Positions 38,468-51,305 of a stretch of 64,000 bases of DNA are shown here, one piece after another. The position numbers and the translations under genes were made by a program. Below the pieces are notes generated by a model. It searched no databases. It had not been told where the DNA came from and worked only from the letters and a program-made list of their open reading frames with translations. Within the stretch, counting starts at the first letter, position 1; each line of letters starts with the position of its first letter. The stretch lies in NCBI GenBank assembly GCA_951406725.2, contig OX597823.1, forward strand, positions 9,362,001-9,426,000. The letters run 5' to 3'. The stretch comes from Octopus vulgaris (Eukaryota).

Positions 38468-39071
38468 TAATACAGTTTAATACCAGTTTGACTCAAGTAA
38501 CTCCTGCTAAATGTACTGCTAAAGACCTTGTAAAATTTCTGTTACATTTAATTCTTTACAATCGTATTGGTAGATATGTATGTTTATACATGTGTGTGAT
38601 TGTATTTCCATGCGAGTAATCATTGTGTAGTAATCATTGTGTAGTTATCTATAGACATTTTCCGTAACAAACTTAGATTTATGTAATTGAATTTTGATAT
38701 TTATGTAAACATAAGTTTATTTACTGAATGGATAAATGCAAACTCTACTATGAAATATTCAGTGAAATCAGAAAATTGGCAGAACACATGTGCCGGAAAA
38801 AAATACCTTGCAGTATTTAGTTTTTTTTTTTTTTTTTTTTTTGCCTTAAATTTCGAAATTATAAACCATCAGGTTTAACGTTGCTTCCATCTTTATATGT
38901 CGATAAAATAAAGTCCTCCTATATCATGCTGTAATAAGACTGAGTGACCCTCAGAGGCGTATGTCATAATCTGCAGTCGTAATGCTGCTGATGGAGCTGT
39001 GGTCCTAGTTGTCGGTGTTGGTGTTTCTGGTGCTTAATGCCTTTTAGTTACAGTCTAGTGACAGATATCAA

Positions 39072-39260
39072 CGCCGTTGCCCCCGCTTTCGCCACTTCCA
39101 CTGCCGTCTCTGCCGCCACCGACTCTGCCGCTGCCGTCTCTGACGCCGCCGTCTCTGCAGCCGCCGTCTCTGCCTCTGCTGCTGCCGCTGCCTCTGCCGC
39201 CGTCGCTGCCTCTGCTGCCGCCGCCGTCGTTGCTTCTACTGACGCTGTCACCTCTGCCGT
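39072..39260. repeat. GC-rich (GCC/GCT/TCT) degenerate trinucleotide repeat
   Basis: Low-complexity tract that gives Ala-, Pro- and Gly-rich pseudo-ORFs in several frames. Confidence 0.85.
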
Positions 39261-39265
39261 GGTTC

Positions 39266-39827
39266 GAGGTCATGTTCGAGATCCTCTTGCTGACCACCTT
39301 CACTAGATTCCCGAAGAGGATAGGCTGGTAGCAGAAGGCTGTGTTGATGTAGGACATCCTCTCGTATGGTTTGCGGTAGAGCCCGGATTTAGCGTGACCT
39401 CTCGGAAGTATACGATGGTGTGCTTGGTCTCAATAGTTATTTTGAATTTCATAGAGCCTAGGGCGTTAGTCAGGTCCTTCCAAAGTCCATCAAAGTGTGC
39501 CCGTTGGCTTCTCTAGAAATGACCAGTGTGGCATCCCTGTAAAGATCAAGGAAGATTGATGGAAATCTCTTCACTAAGGTACCCAATGAGATCGCAAATG
39601 TCGGCGCTGTCGTAGGCTCCATCGCCACATCGAAGAAACTCTCGAGTTCTGATTGTTTGTCACAGGTCGAAGCTTTATTAACAAACACCGTTTTCCTGGC
39701 GTGCATGATGACGTCGATGTCTCTATCGCTAATATGCGGGAAGCCCCTAATATAGGAAAGTGCCTTGATCATAAGCCCTTCGATATAGTCGGGTAAATGT
39801 TGACTATATCGAATTGGATGACGTTTG
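39266..39827 (-). pseudogene. Decayed Penelope-like RT fragment (probably Naiad-type clade)
   Basis: QFDIVNIYPTIS..LMIKAL...DIDVIMHARKTVF...FFDVAM...LYRD...FKITIE...FREVTLN...YRKP...YIN...KRISNMTS. Fits the FDI.xFYPSI / FDVTMG / GLYRDD PLE RT pattern. The clade assignment is inference. Confidence 0.8.
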
Positions 39828-39840
39828 CTCTACCTCTAAC

Positions 39841-39961
39841 TTTCGGGATCGATAAGTTAAGTACCAATTAGGCACTGGGGTTGCTCTAATCGACTTTATC
39901 CCTTTGTCTGTCCTTGTTTGTCCCCTTTATGTTTAGCCCCTTGTGGACAATAAAGAAATAA
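39841..39961 (+). mobile_element. SINE family B 3' half (part of a local duplication)
   Basis: Near-identical to 41539-41660. Confidence 0.85.
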
Positions 39962-40313
39962 GTAAATATGAATGAATACGCATGTGTGTGTATGCGTGAA
40001 TATGTGTGCATGTGTGCATATGCGTGTATATATGTGCGAGTGTGCGCGCGAGAGTTCATTCAAGTGCGCACGAGTGTGTGTGCACAGACGTGACCGTGCG
40101 CACCCATGTACAGATGCGCACAATCACATCAATATACACATTCACGCAAAGCTATATGAGCGCATGTGCACACACTCATTGGTGATGCGCCACAGGGTGG
40201 CTCCTTCTTATGTCGTCATTCCTTAGTATATATTTGTTCGCCAGACCGGTCTCGGATTTGGTCGGCTGGATCAGGCGGCATTTGGAGTTATATGTATATA
40301 TGTAAACATATAC

Positions 40314-40628
40314 GTGGAGGCCTAATAGCCCAGTGGTTAGGGCAGCGGACTCGCGGTTGTAGGATAGCGGTTTCGATTCCCAGACCAGGCGTTGTGAGTG
40401 TTTATTGAGCGAAAACACCTAAAGTTCCACGCGTCTCCGGTAGGGGCTGGTGGCGATCCCTGCTGTACTCTTTCGCCACAACTTTCTCTTACTCTTTCTT
40501 CTGTTGGCCTGCTCGGTTAACCAGCGGGGTGGCATCATTTGAAGGCTAAAGAACAATGCAAAGCGCATTGTGACTAGCGATGTGTAGCAACATCTGATAG
40601 CCTGGTCGGTCACGGTGATTACAGTGAT
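40314..40628 (+). mobile_element. tRNA-headed SINE, family E
   Basis: TAGCCCAGTGGTTAGGGCAGCGGACTCGCGG...GGTTTCGATTCCC head. Body shared with 61490-61683. Confidence 0.8.
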
Positions 40629-41460
40629 ATAAACGAATACAAGATCACGCACACATATATCTGTACATATGTGTGTGCATATGTATTTATGTATGTATGC
40701 ATTTATGTGTGTATGTATATAGGCATGTATGTATGTATGTATGTATGTATGTATGTATGTATGCATGCATGTATGTAGGTATGCTAAGCATATATGTATG
40801 TATTATGCATACATGCATTTATATATGTATGTATGTATGTATGTACGTATGTATGTATGTATTATGCCTGCATGCATTTATGTATGTATATATGAAAATT
40901 TGCTGGCATGTGTACAGTGTTTACGCCTGTTCAGTATTTTCTCAGTATCTGCAATGTTTCCAATATAATTGATAAAGCTGAAGTACACTATAGTTGTGCG
41001 CATGTGCTTATCTCAAGGTATATATATGTGTCTGTGTGCTCGTTTGATGGAGGGAAAGTAAAATGGAGAGTGATAGAGATGGAGAGAGATTACGAACACA
41101 ATGCATGTTAAGTCAAGAAGTTCATTCCTACACATAAACTACAGCTAATATCTTTGTCCACTCAGACTAATGTTGAAAATTTGCAGGAACATTTTCGATG
41201 GTGATATCAAAGAAACTAATATTGCCGAATCTCGAGAATGTATTCTGAACGATCAAAGAATCCTTGGAAGAAATTCTAAACATTCCAAGAATTTGGATAT
41301 TTATTGAGAGAAAAAAAAGGATATCACACTGTTTCTTGACTTTTGAAATCATTTTGCTCTATGGGAAGCCATTGTTTTTGTTAATAATAAAGTTGTCAGC
41401 TTTAGTTGGAAATATATTATATCTTGAGTTACATAAGAATTAGGGCAGATTGAAGTAAGA

Positions 41461-41660
41461 CGAAAATGCGTAGCCGTATTTCGCCTGCCGTTACGTTCTG
41501 AGTTCAAATTACGCCAAGGTCGACTTAGCCTTTCATCCTTTCGGGATCGATAAGTTAAGTACTAATTAGGCACTGGGGTTGCTCTAATCGACTTTATCCC
41601 TTTGTCTGTCCTTGTTTGTCCCCTTTATGTTTAGCCCCTTGTGGGCAATAAAGAAATAAG
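41461..41660 (+). mobile_element. SINE family B, 5'-truncated
   Basis: Family-B body and tail. Confidence 0.85.
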
Positions 41661-42076
41661 TAAATATGAATGAATACGCATGTGTGTGTATGCGTGAATA
41701 TGTGTGCATGTGTGCATATGCGTGTGCGAGTGTGCGCGCGAGAGTTCGTTCAAGCGCGCACGTGTGTGTGTGCACAGATTTTTAATCGCCACATGTTCTA
41801 TTTCCTGTCCTCCACGTGGTCAACTTCATGTTCGCCATGCAGTATTTTACAAGTAAGTGTTACCCGTATACAAATATCAAACCACGACACCGCGTGACCT
41901 TACTCAACTGAACGCAGCCCACCTTACGGAGTGTCAGTTACATATATTCTATTCTGCCTAAAAAATGGATCTACAAATTCAGTATGCCTAAATATCGCAC
42001 ATCTATTTTCTTTCCTCTACCTCACTCTCTATTTTGAAATCTTATCTAAATCAACTATTACTTAACCGTCTCACAC

Positions 42077-42129
42077 CGTCTCCGATGAAGGGATATAATT
42101 AAAAAATATCCTGGAAACAGCTGTAAGAT
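42077..42129 (+). ncRNA. Minimal hammerhead-like motif (Penelope-type), CCGA variant
   Basis: GTCT-CCGATGA-A-GGGATAT[loop]ATATCCTG-GAAA-CAGCTG-TA-AGAT, with palindromic stem III CAGCTG. Confidence 0.55.
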
Positions 42130-42132
42130 ATT

Positions 42133-42343
42133 TAGCCCCACAAGGGGCTAAACACAGACAGGACAAACAAGGACAGACAAACGGATTAAGTCGATTATAT
42201 CAACCCGAGTAACTGGTACTTCTTTAAGCGACCCCGAAAGGATGAAAGGCAAAGTCGACCTCGGCGTAATTTGAACTCAGAACGTTACGGCAGACGAAAT
42301 ACCGATAAGCATTTCGCCCGGCGTTCCAGCCAGCTCGCGGCCT
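42133..42343 (-). mobile_element. SINE family B
   Basis: Family-B sequence with small deletions. Confidence 0.85.
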
Positions 42344-42412
42344 CAATAATAATGATGATAATAATAAGAAAATTATCACACAGACACACACACACGCACA
42401 AACACACACACA

Positions 42413-42475
<63 letters not shown>

Positions 42476-42661
42476 TCTATTGGTCAACCCATGAGGCTAG
42501 ACTAGACGACACTTACCCAAGTTGTCACACAGTGGGACTGAAACCGGAAGCATGCGCCTATATATATATATAAATATATATTTATTTAAATATACAGCAT
42601 ATATATACATACAAGTACATATGTATCTATGCACATACGTGTGCAGATATTTAAAAGAATG

Positions 42662-42701
<40 letters not shown>

Positions 42702-43552
42702 GTGTGTGTGCGTGTGTGTGCGTGTGTGTTTGTGTTTGTGTATACGTGTGCGTGTGTACATGGTTCTTTTCATAAACTAATTATTTCTCTAAATAAATCA
42801 AGAGCGATCTTCAAACGAAATAATAATCTATTAGTCTTCACGGTCAATATTCGTCAGTTCTATGTATCGTATAATATGTAGACTTTCCTGCATTAAAAAA
42901 AAAACAACCTTTTGATGAATATTTATTAAAATGCCATTATAAAAACAATTTATCTGCCTTGAGATGTTTTTAATTTTCATATTTATATTACATTGTATTG
43001 AACAGATAAACGCTGGCTCAAACATATACACACGGATCCACACGTATGCATACAAGTCAATTTTCATGTATGTGTGAACATGTAATCTGCATGTATATCA
43101 TGATAAAAAAAAACAAACTAATATTAATTTTGAATATTAATGTATATTTTGAAAGCTTTTTCTGTGGAAATTTCAGCAGACGTAAATACATATTATTCTA
43201 TTCGTACACTTAAAATTGAAGGGATTCATTTTGGCATATGCCAGTATTTGTTTAACCATTTAGCAAAAAGCATGTAATTTTGATCCTTTGCATACGGAGA
43301 GAATTTATAGTAAGTCGTTGCGGTAAACTTATCTCAAATTGGTTTTCATTTTTAATGGCAATACTAATTCTTACATGTTTCTTTCGTCACCATATCTGAA
43401 TAGTTAATGATTATTTATGTACAATACCGCGTGTATTAGAGAACATATTGTAAAATTAAACTAAACTACAGTTTTTAAAACCGTACGCTCTGAAATGATA
43501 GATTTGAATTTATCTCGATTTACCCATCCTGCACAAAAATGCAAAGGAGATT

Positions 43553-43595
43553 GCCTTGACGTATTTCACAGCTCGTTGAATACTCATCAGAAGAC
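43553..43595 (-). ncRNA. Minimal type I hammerhead-like motif
   Basis: Minus strand GTCTT-CTGATGA-GTATTCAACGAGCTGT-GAAA-TAC-GTC-AAGGC. Stem I GTCTT/AAGGC pairs; stem II is weak. Confidence 0.5.
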
Positions 43596-43944
43596 GAGTA
43601 GCTAGAGAATGTTCCTTGGCCATAATGTTATGTTATCACACTTATACATGTATGCTTTTGTACATCTAAAACGTTCTGGTAAGAACGAACATGCCTATGC
43701 TCAGTTAAGCGGTTGTAACAAATTCGGGACAAAATGCATTCTAAGTCGTCACTGTGCTTGTGGAAGAGGTGATTCGACAATCGATTCCTGCAATCGACAT
43801 TTTTTGTACGATACGAATCTTGATACTGAAGGTCTTGCAAACATTTAAGTTGTAAATTAATTAATGATTTGCAAGTTTTTATTAATAAAATATCTTTGCT
43901 GACTACTTTATGATATCGATGTTATCGATATTGTCTTATCAATA

Positions 43945-44369
43945 TACTCTCTCTCTCTCGTTTACTCTTCTACTTGTTTCAGTCATTTGACTGCGGCCAT
44001 GCTGGAGCACCGCCTTTAGTCGATCAAACCGACCCCGGGACTTATTCTTTGTAAGCCCAGTACTTATTCTATTGGTCCCTTTTGCCAAACTGCTAAGTGA
44101 CGGGGACGTAAACACACCAGCATCGGTTGTCAAGCAATGCTAGGGAGACAAACACAGACACACAAACATATACACACACACTTATATATATATATATACA
44201 TATATACGACAGGCTGCTTTCAGTTTCCGTCTACCAAATCCACTCACAAGGCATTGGTCGGCCCGGGGCTATAGCAGAAGACACTTGCCCAAGATGCCAC
44301 GCAGTGGGACTGAACCCGCAACCATGTGGCTGGTTAGCAAGCTACTTACCATACAGCCACTCCTGCGCC
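43945..44369 (-). mobile_element. SINE family A, full length
   Basis: 5' GGCGCAGGAGTGGCTGTATGG (A-box-like) and GGTTCAGTCCC. Probable TSD TTATCAATATA. Confidence 0.9.
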
Positions 44370-47063
44370 TCTATATGTGTTATCAATATATAAGTTATCG
44401 AAAATTAGCTGTTTCTTTTCTATGCGATGGTGTCCGTAGGAATTTCGTTATATTCATTAAGTTTTCAATACATTTACCAAATGTCAGATTAATATAAGCC
44501 ACAGTGTAAATATGTTTTCTTTTTCAAAGCATGAGCAGTTTTAATTCTTATTATTTAGGAGTTATTACCCTGACCTGCCGCGATGTTTAAGCTGATGTTT
44601 TCTACGACTCTTAGCGGAACTAGAGAAATTAACCCAATTAGAGGTTTAACATAACTACCTGTATTTGCCATCTTTCATTATTCCATCGCTTATTATGACT
44701 ATGATACATTCAAACTTCGAAAAATGCATTCTCTTCCTCGCAGGCTTTTCTTGCACCGATCGTAATTGATTACAAACCTTATCTATATCATGGATATATA
44801 AGATGCTATTTTCTCATCAGTTCTCCATAGATGTTCTCTTGTTCTTCAATTTTGGACGAGATATTCACTTTTGCCGCGCAGCTGATCTCATCAACGGTTC
44901 ATGACAATTGCTCTCTGTCCCCTAGATCAATATCTGGCATATTACATTTAAACCGAATTGCTACATTTATTGGAATATGTCACGGGTGTTCTCTATTCCT
45001 AAAGACTCTACAAACTTATGAACGTATGCTGTTTTTGTTCTCTAAGTCAGCAACTCAGTAATGCGTCCGTAAATCTATCAACAAAAGAATTCCGGCTTCG
45101 GGTATTCTGAATTTGTCGCCAAGCATAGAGTTTCAAACATTAATCCATCAATATAGCCATAATAGTGTAAGGGTGATTTACAAGGGAGGTCTGAACTGCA
45201 ATCTGTATCAGAGCGTGTAAACAATAGAGAGAAACTTAATAAGACTGGTCGCTCGGAAATGGATAACACAGCTAGCAGAAATGTAAAGTGTACTAGAATT
45301 CATTCAAATGCGAATACAAATGCATTGCCTTCGTGGCCATCTGTATAGTGAACGATATTAATATATGTTTGACGGTGGTTTTCATACAGTTCAGCCATTT
45401 CTTTATTTTTGCTGGGTTGTTTCTGAAGGTATGAAAACGAGAAACTCAGAACAGCGACATTGGAAAGTACCAACTTTAAAGAAATTAAGAAAATAAATCA
45501 CATATACGAAACGCCTTTTATACGTCTTTGTAAATCCAATTACACATATATACACGAGAATAAGCGTTTTTCAAAGAGAACAAAATAGAATAAGTCACTC
45601 TATTGACGTAGATTCTCGTATATATGGTGGACTGGTCAACATACATGAGAAACATTAACATCCTAATATTACTGATCTTGTTTTAGATTATCTAATTGGT
45701 TTCCACAGTTTCATTGAAAACTACAGATCTCAGCTTTAGTTATCCTAATTTAATTTGTGGTATTTAACTATAAATAGGTCAATCGCTTATATTTCTGTCT
45801 TATATTTTGTATGATATACATACCTACGTCTTCTTTTTCAGGAGCACAATGAAGTATTGGTGAACAGCGTTGGAGAGCATAAATATTAAAGCTGTAGTTG
45901 TATGTTAGCTGATATAGTGGACAGGAGGCCATTTGAGAGTTGGAAACTAGTATCACGGCTATTGGCGCCGGGTATCAAAATGTTGTCACAATGACTGCTG
46001 TTTGATGATCTGTAGAAAATGTAAAGACCGTAAAAACTGGCATGGCCAACTTTAATAAAGACTACGAAGCTGTGATCAACAAGAAGGGAATACAGCAGGA
46101 TTTCTGACTGCATCTGCACGCTGGAGATCGTCATCCACACTTTTACGCATAATTCGGATAGCTATGTGAAGCTACTGGAGAATGTAGTCAAATGCTGGTT
46201 GGAGAGAGAGGATTGCTTTGTGAGCCATAAGCGTTGTAACCTGTTGAAAGAGTGAAAAATTGGTTTTCGGAGAATGTTTACGACTTCAACATACCCAATT
46301 TCACTGTATTGTAATCCTTATATGTAGGGTTCAGTCGAAAAATACATTGCTTGCATTGCTTGCAACATCAAGGTCAAGTTGGTGTTCATCAAAGTCAACA
46401 TCAAGGTCAAGGAAATCTTCAAAGATCTTCTCAGGGACACAGCGAGGAAACCGTCTTGAGGGCGTGGTAGAAGCTAAGGGCAGCTATTTTGAGGAAATTG
46501 CTATCTCGTAGCCATAATGTAGTTGATATGTTTCGGGTTTTAAAGAAATGGACGGTATATTGTTTTTATCTTTTCCTTTTATGCAAATTTAGACCGAACA
46601 CCCAGTATCTATATATGCAGATTTTACCAGCTCTTATATCCAGACTATACATTTTTATTTGACCCAGTAATAATAGGTGCACCACTAACCTATAATGGAA
46701 AGATTTTGTAAACCCCTACAAAGCAAAACAAAAAATGAACGGATGCACAGACAAGCAAACAAACAACGAAATCTAACGGATTCGTATTCTCCGAGTAGAA
46801 TCGATTAATTTTAAAGGGAAAATGCCTCAGACTTTTCAGGGAGTCTGCATTTGAGATCCAACGGATGAACATATTCAAGCAATAACATGTACATAAAGAG
46901 TAAATACTGACAACGATGAATAAAAATAGAAATAAAGTGAGACTTGTGTAATTAAGGGAGATATGCACCCTCGTGTTAGTTTCACTTGAATAAGAAGAAC
47001 TTTGCTTCTTTGTTATTGGCCGGCTGGAATCCTACAAAAGAAGCATCTTCTATAAATCTCAAA

Positions 47064-47300
47064 GGCGGCGAGCTGGCAGAAACGTTAGCACGCCGGGCGA
47101 AATGCTTAGCGGTAGGTATTTCGTCTGCCGTTACGTTCTGAGTTCAAATTCCGCCGAGGTCGACTTTGCCTTTCATCCTTTCGGGGCCGATTAAATATGT
47201 ACTAGTTACGCACTTGGGGCGATGTAATCGACTTAATCCCTTTGTCTGTTCTTGTTTGTACTCTCTGTGTTTAGCCCCTTGTGGGCAGTAAAGAAATAAG
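47064..47300 (+). mobile_element. SINE family B with TSD
   Basis: TSD CATCTT(C/A)TATAAATCTCAAA. Confidence 0.9.
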
Positions 47301-48197
47301 AAACATCTTATATAAATCTCAAAAACAAAAAAAAAGAACACACACACACACACACATACACACATACACATAGACACACACACACAGACACACAGGCATG
47401 CACTCATACACACGCAACAATACACATATCACAATGCACACACACGTACACACGCAGAAATGCATTCACAAGCATGCATACAAGTCAAAGAGGGCACCAT
47501 TACCCAGTGACTTGCCTCACAAGAAATAACAGCCAAATATCTCTAATATAGCTGCAATATCGTTTTATACCTTATTAATAAAGGAAAAATAAGGAATATA
47601 GCAAAAATTACCTATAGTGTAATCTTACGTACGTAGGATTTTATAGATTAGTTAATCCATGTAGGCCAGACCTCACCTAGAGTTCAACGATAACAATGAT
47701 CTTTAGTTCCGTGAATTTTGAACTTGAGTTGTGAGTGCAATGTAACTAAGTAGCTACACAATTTATACGAAGCTTTTTAAGCTGAAACCAACTCATCGAT
47801 AGTACAGAATAAACGTTATATTCATCAATAAGTATACACCCACTATTTACTATGCTATAAACTAGTTGTTTTGTTTATATTTAACTCTTCATTGGTTACT
47901 CCTAGATATTAGTTCTAAAAAGACTGGTTGAGGGCATCGATCAGGATGTAGTAATACAGTACGTTCGGCCATGATCTTTAAAAAGCTTCCTACGAAAGAG
48001 GTTTATCAATTCCTCGGATCTCACTCGTTGCCTCCCTCTCCTTCTCTCTCACGGACTCACTCTTCTCTCTGTCTTCCTATTCAATCAATACAAAGGTGTG
48101 AGCGCATGTGCTCAGCCTATGCATTTCTTGTCCATGTCTGTATTATTTTTACTGTTTACCTATATATATATATATATATATAGGAGCGTTCGATATA

Positions 48198-48318
<121 letters not shown>

Positions 48319-48351
48319 GCATATATATATATATACATATATATATGTATG

Positions 48352-48382
<31 letters not shown>

Positions 48383-49090
48383 ATGCGTGTTTGCGCGTGC
48401 ATGTATATATACATAGAAACATTACATACATGCATACATACACACACGCAGACAGAGGCGCACGTACACACAGCCGCCGCACGCTTCACTCACCTCTAAA
48501 TGCCAGTGAATAAATGTTCTGTCTTCGTTTATATTTATCTGTCGTTAAGGAGGTATATTTTAATCCTCAATCAAGTAATTCCCTGTTGTTTATGCTGTTT
48601 TTTTTTCTTCCCTCTATGTTATTGTTTATATTGTTTGTTATATTATTATCTACTCATTTAAACGATTGATAAAACTGAAATCAATAACTCTGCACCGAGT
48701 GAACCCCCCCCCACACCCCCACCCCCACCCCCACACCGACTCAGAAAGCAAACCATAACACTATCGATTGAGATCGACTTGTTTTCATAACGTATTTCTT
48801 TTCTCTCTCTACTCACAATGTATGTCATTAACTGAAGTGCAGCATGTAATCACACATGTTCACCATCATTGATATAATGAAAGGCTTTAACTGCTAACAA
48901 GCAGAACCGGTCTGTGGAGCGTGATGGATGAAGTGGGTGATCTGCTTGGCATGAAGAAATATATGTATTTTTAAAATCAAACTGAAAAAAAACTTTAGGT
49001 ATATTAGGCCTAAGAAACTCCCCCGCGTTTCTGCAGCAGCGTTACCAATATCTTTGGTTTTGAATTAGTATTACTTCTGTTTGCGAACAT

Positions 49091-49509
49091 TTAGTTAGTT
49101 AGTTAGTTAGTTAATTTGGCTCAAAAGCAGATAGCAAGGCCATGTAGGGGGACATGGAGTTAAGTACAGGGTGGTGTTCATGTAAAGAGTTCAGGCTACC
49201 TGAGGTCCAGGGAGGCTTTGAACAAAGCGGTCGTCGGCATCTTCACCATCTCATCTGGCAGCTTGTTCCACGGATCCGCAACCCGGACGGAGAAAGCTCC
49301 TCTCCTTCGATTGAGATGAAATCGTCGCAGGTAGAGCTTTTCGGAATGACCCCGCAGCCGACGCTCCGGAGCAGGAGTGAAGAACAGCTCTTTCGAGAGG
49401 TTACACTTCCCGCTTATGATGTTGTGGGCGAGAATGAGATCACCACGGCGGCGGCGTTTTTCAAGAGAATAAAGGTCGATCGTCCTCAGCCTTTCTTCGT
49501 AGGACAGGT
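49091..49509 (-). mobile_element. CR1-clade LINE 3' fragment (same family as 4917-5503)
   Basis: LSYEERLRTIDLYSLEKRRRRGDLI...WNKLPDE, with a (TAAC)n tail. Confidence 0.9.
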
Positions 49510-49907
49510 TACAATGATGTATCTGACTCCTATAAAGGCCCACATATTTTTCCAGTTGTGTTGAACGACCGGAGAGATCTCCTCTCATTGTTCTTCTGTT
49601 TCAAACACATCCCAGTGTACTAATGATATCAAAATGTTGAAATATTCTTGAACCCTATTTTTGGTAGGGACCTGCCATCTGTATAGCTTTAAGTAATAAA
49701 GGAACGCAGGTTTAGCAATGTAAGTTGAGAAGTCATTTGTTAATTTTCATAGTCATTGAAACATACTGAATTGAGGGAACAATTTACCGATAAACTGGAA
49801 TGAATATTATGAGCAAATTGGTGTACCCACACTTATCACAAAGTACCTATAAAAAGAAAACAAAAACAACTATTAACCATTTAGATGGTAGTATGACAAA
49901 TTCACGA

Positions 49908-49979
49908 GGCGGCGACCTGGCAGAAACGTTAACACCCTGGGTGAAATGCTTTATGGTATTGCGTCTGTCTTTATGTTCT
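49908..49979 (+). mobile_element. SINE family B head fragment fused to a Helitron
   Basis: GGCGGCGACCTGGCAGAAACGTTAAC...TTATGTTCT, then Helitron sequence. Confidence 0.7.
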
Positions 49980-50221
49980 TTTAGAGAGTTACTTCCCTTA
50001 TATACTAACGAAAAATGCATTAAAATGGAAAAAATGATGGTAAGTTTTTTTTTAAATCGTAGACTCATCGTAGACGCGCGCTAATACCCAGAAGGGCACG
50101 ATATGAATCACGACTATAAGATACCCAGTTTTGGTTAAACTGCACCGCAAAATGTGGGAGTAGTTAGGAATCTAAATCGTAGGAGACAGACAGCACACAA
50201 CTTCTCTTTTATATATAAAGA
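49980..50221 (-). mobile_element. Helitron H1, 5' part only
   Basis: Matches 29580-29820. The TC terminus is intact and the CTAG end is missing. Confidence 0.85.
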
Positions 50222-50231
50222 TTATATTGGT

Positions 50232-50409
50232 ACCAAATTTTGGCATAATACCAGCATTTTCAGGAGCAGGGCTAAGTCGATGACATTGACCCCAGTGTTC
50301 AACTGGTACTTATTTTACCAGTAGACAATGTCGTCCTCAGTGGAATTTGAACACATAAATACAGCTAAGAATTTTGCCCTGCATATTAACGGTTCTGCCA
50401 GATCGCCTT
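50232..50409 (-). mobile_element. SINE family B, diverged
   Basis: GACCCCAGTGTTCAACTGGTACTTATTTT...GGAATTTGAAC...TTCTGCCAG. Confidence 0.65.
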
Positions 50410-50419
50410 CTTATAACTA

Positions 50420-50655
50420 TTAGGTTGGGGCATAATTATTGCAGTTTTTTATTTTTAAACAAATTTCACTCAACAAAACAATAACAATATTTAACATAAA
50501 CATCTTGAAATGACAGTCTGACCGTCTGCCAAACAAATGGGAAGCGGTAATTAATGTAGATGGCGGATATGCTCCAGATGTTTTTGTTACATGTTGTTAT
50601 TAGTTATTGTTGAATATAATCTGTAAAAAAGCCGCAATAATTATGCACCAACACG
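50420..50655. mobile_element. Mariner-type MITE
   Basis: TA|TTAGGTTGGGGCATAATTATTGCAGTTTTT and inverted AAAAAGCCGCAATAATTATGCACCAAC, resembling mariner (MADE/Hsmar-style) TIRs. Confidence 0.75.
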
Positions 50656-50772
50656 CTATATTGTATTGGATGCATTTTACAAGTAATGAGGCATTTTTCG
50701 TATGGAAAGAGTACATTTTATTATTTTTGTAAATGATTAATACAACTTTTATTAAAGATATATATATATATA

Positions 50773-51152
50773 CGCGCAGGAGTAGATTGCTTACCAACCA
50801 CATGGTTCCGGGTTCGGTCCCACCGCGTGGCACCTTAGGCAAGCGTCTTCTACTATAGACTTGGGCCGACCAAAGCATTGTGAGTGGATTTGGTAGGCGG
50901 AAACTGAAAGAAGCTCGTCGTATATATGTATATGTATATATATATGTGTGTGTGTCTCTTAGTCTGTATTTGTCCCCCACCAGCATCGCTTGACAACAGA
51001 TGCTGGTGTGTTTAGGTCACCGTAACGTAGCGGTTCGGCAAAAGGTACCGATAGAATAAGTACTAGGTTTACAAAGTCCTGGGGTAGATTTCCTCGACTA
51101 AAGGCGATGCTCCAGCATGGCCGCAGTCAAATGACTGAAGCAAGTAAAAGAG
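50773..51152 (+). mobile_element. SINE family A
   Basis: GCGCAGGAGT...GGTTCCGGGTTCGGTCCC...CAAGTAAAAGAG. Confidence 0.85.
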
Positions 51153-51305
51153 TATTTATTGACTTCTATCATGTGTATCTCATCCCACTGAAAACTAACA
51201 TGCTTACAGTTCCTCGGAGAACCTATTTTCAGAGACCCTGACCTACAGCATGTGTTGATATCACTGTGAGGTGTTGTTTTTTCATTAATATTTAGTGTCT
51301 TTTAA

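Noticed and set aside
39037-39306. Antifreeze-like Ala-rich ORF
   Set aside because: Low-complexity triplet tract open in several frames, and it overlaps a PLE relic on the opposite strand.
45040-45400. Possible RNase H remnant (HYTDG...VADLENK) of an old LINE on the minus strand
   Set aside because: Only isolated short motif matches across many stops; cannot be supported without a profile search.
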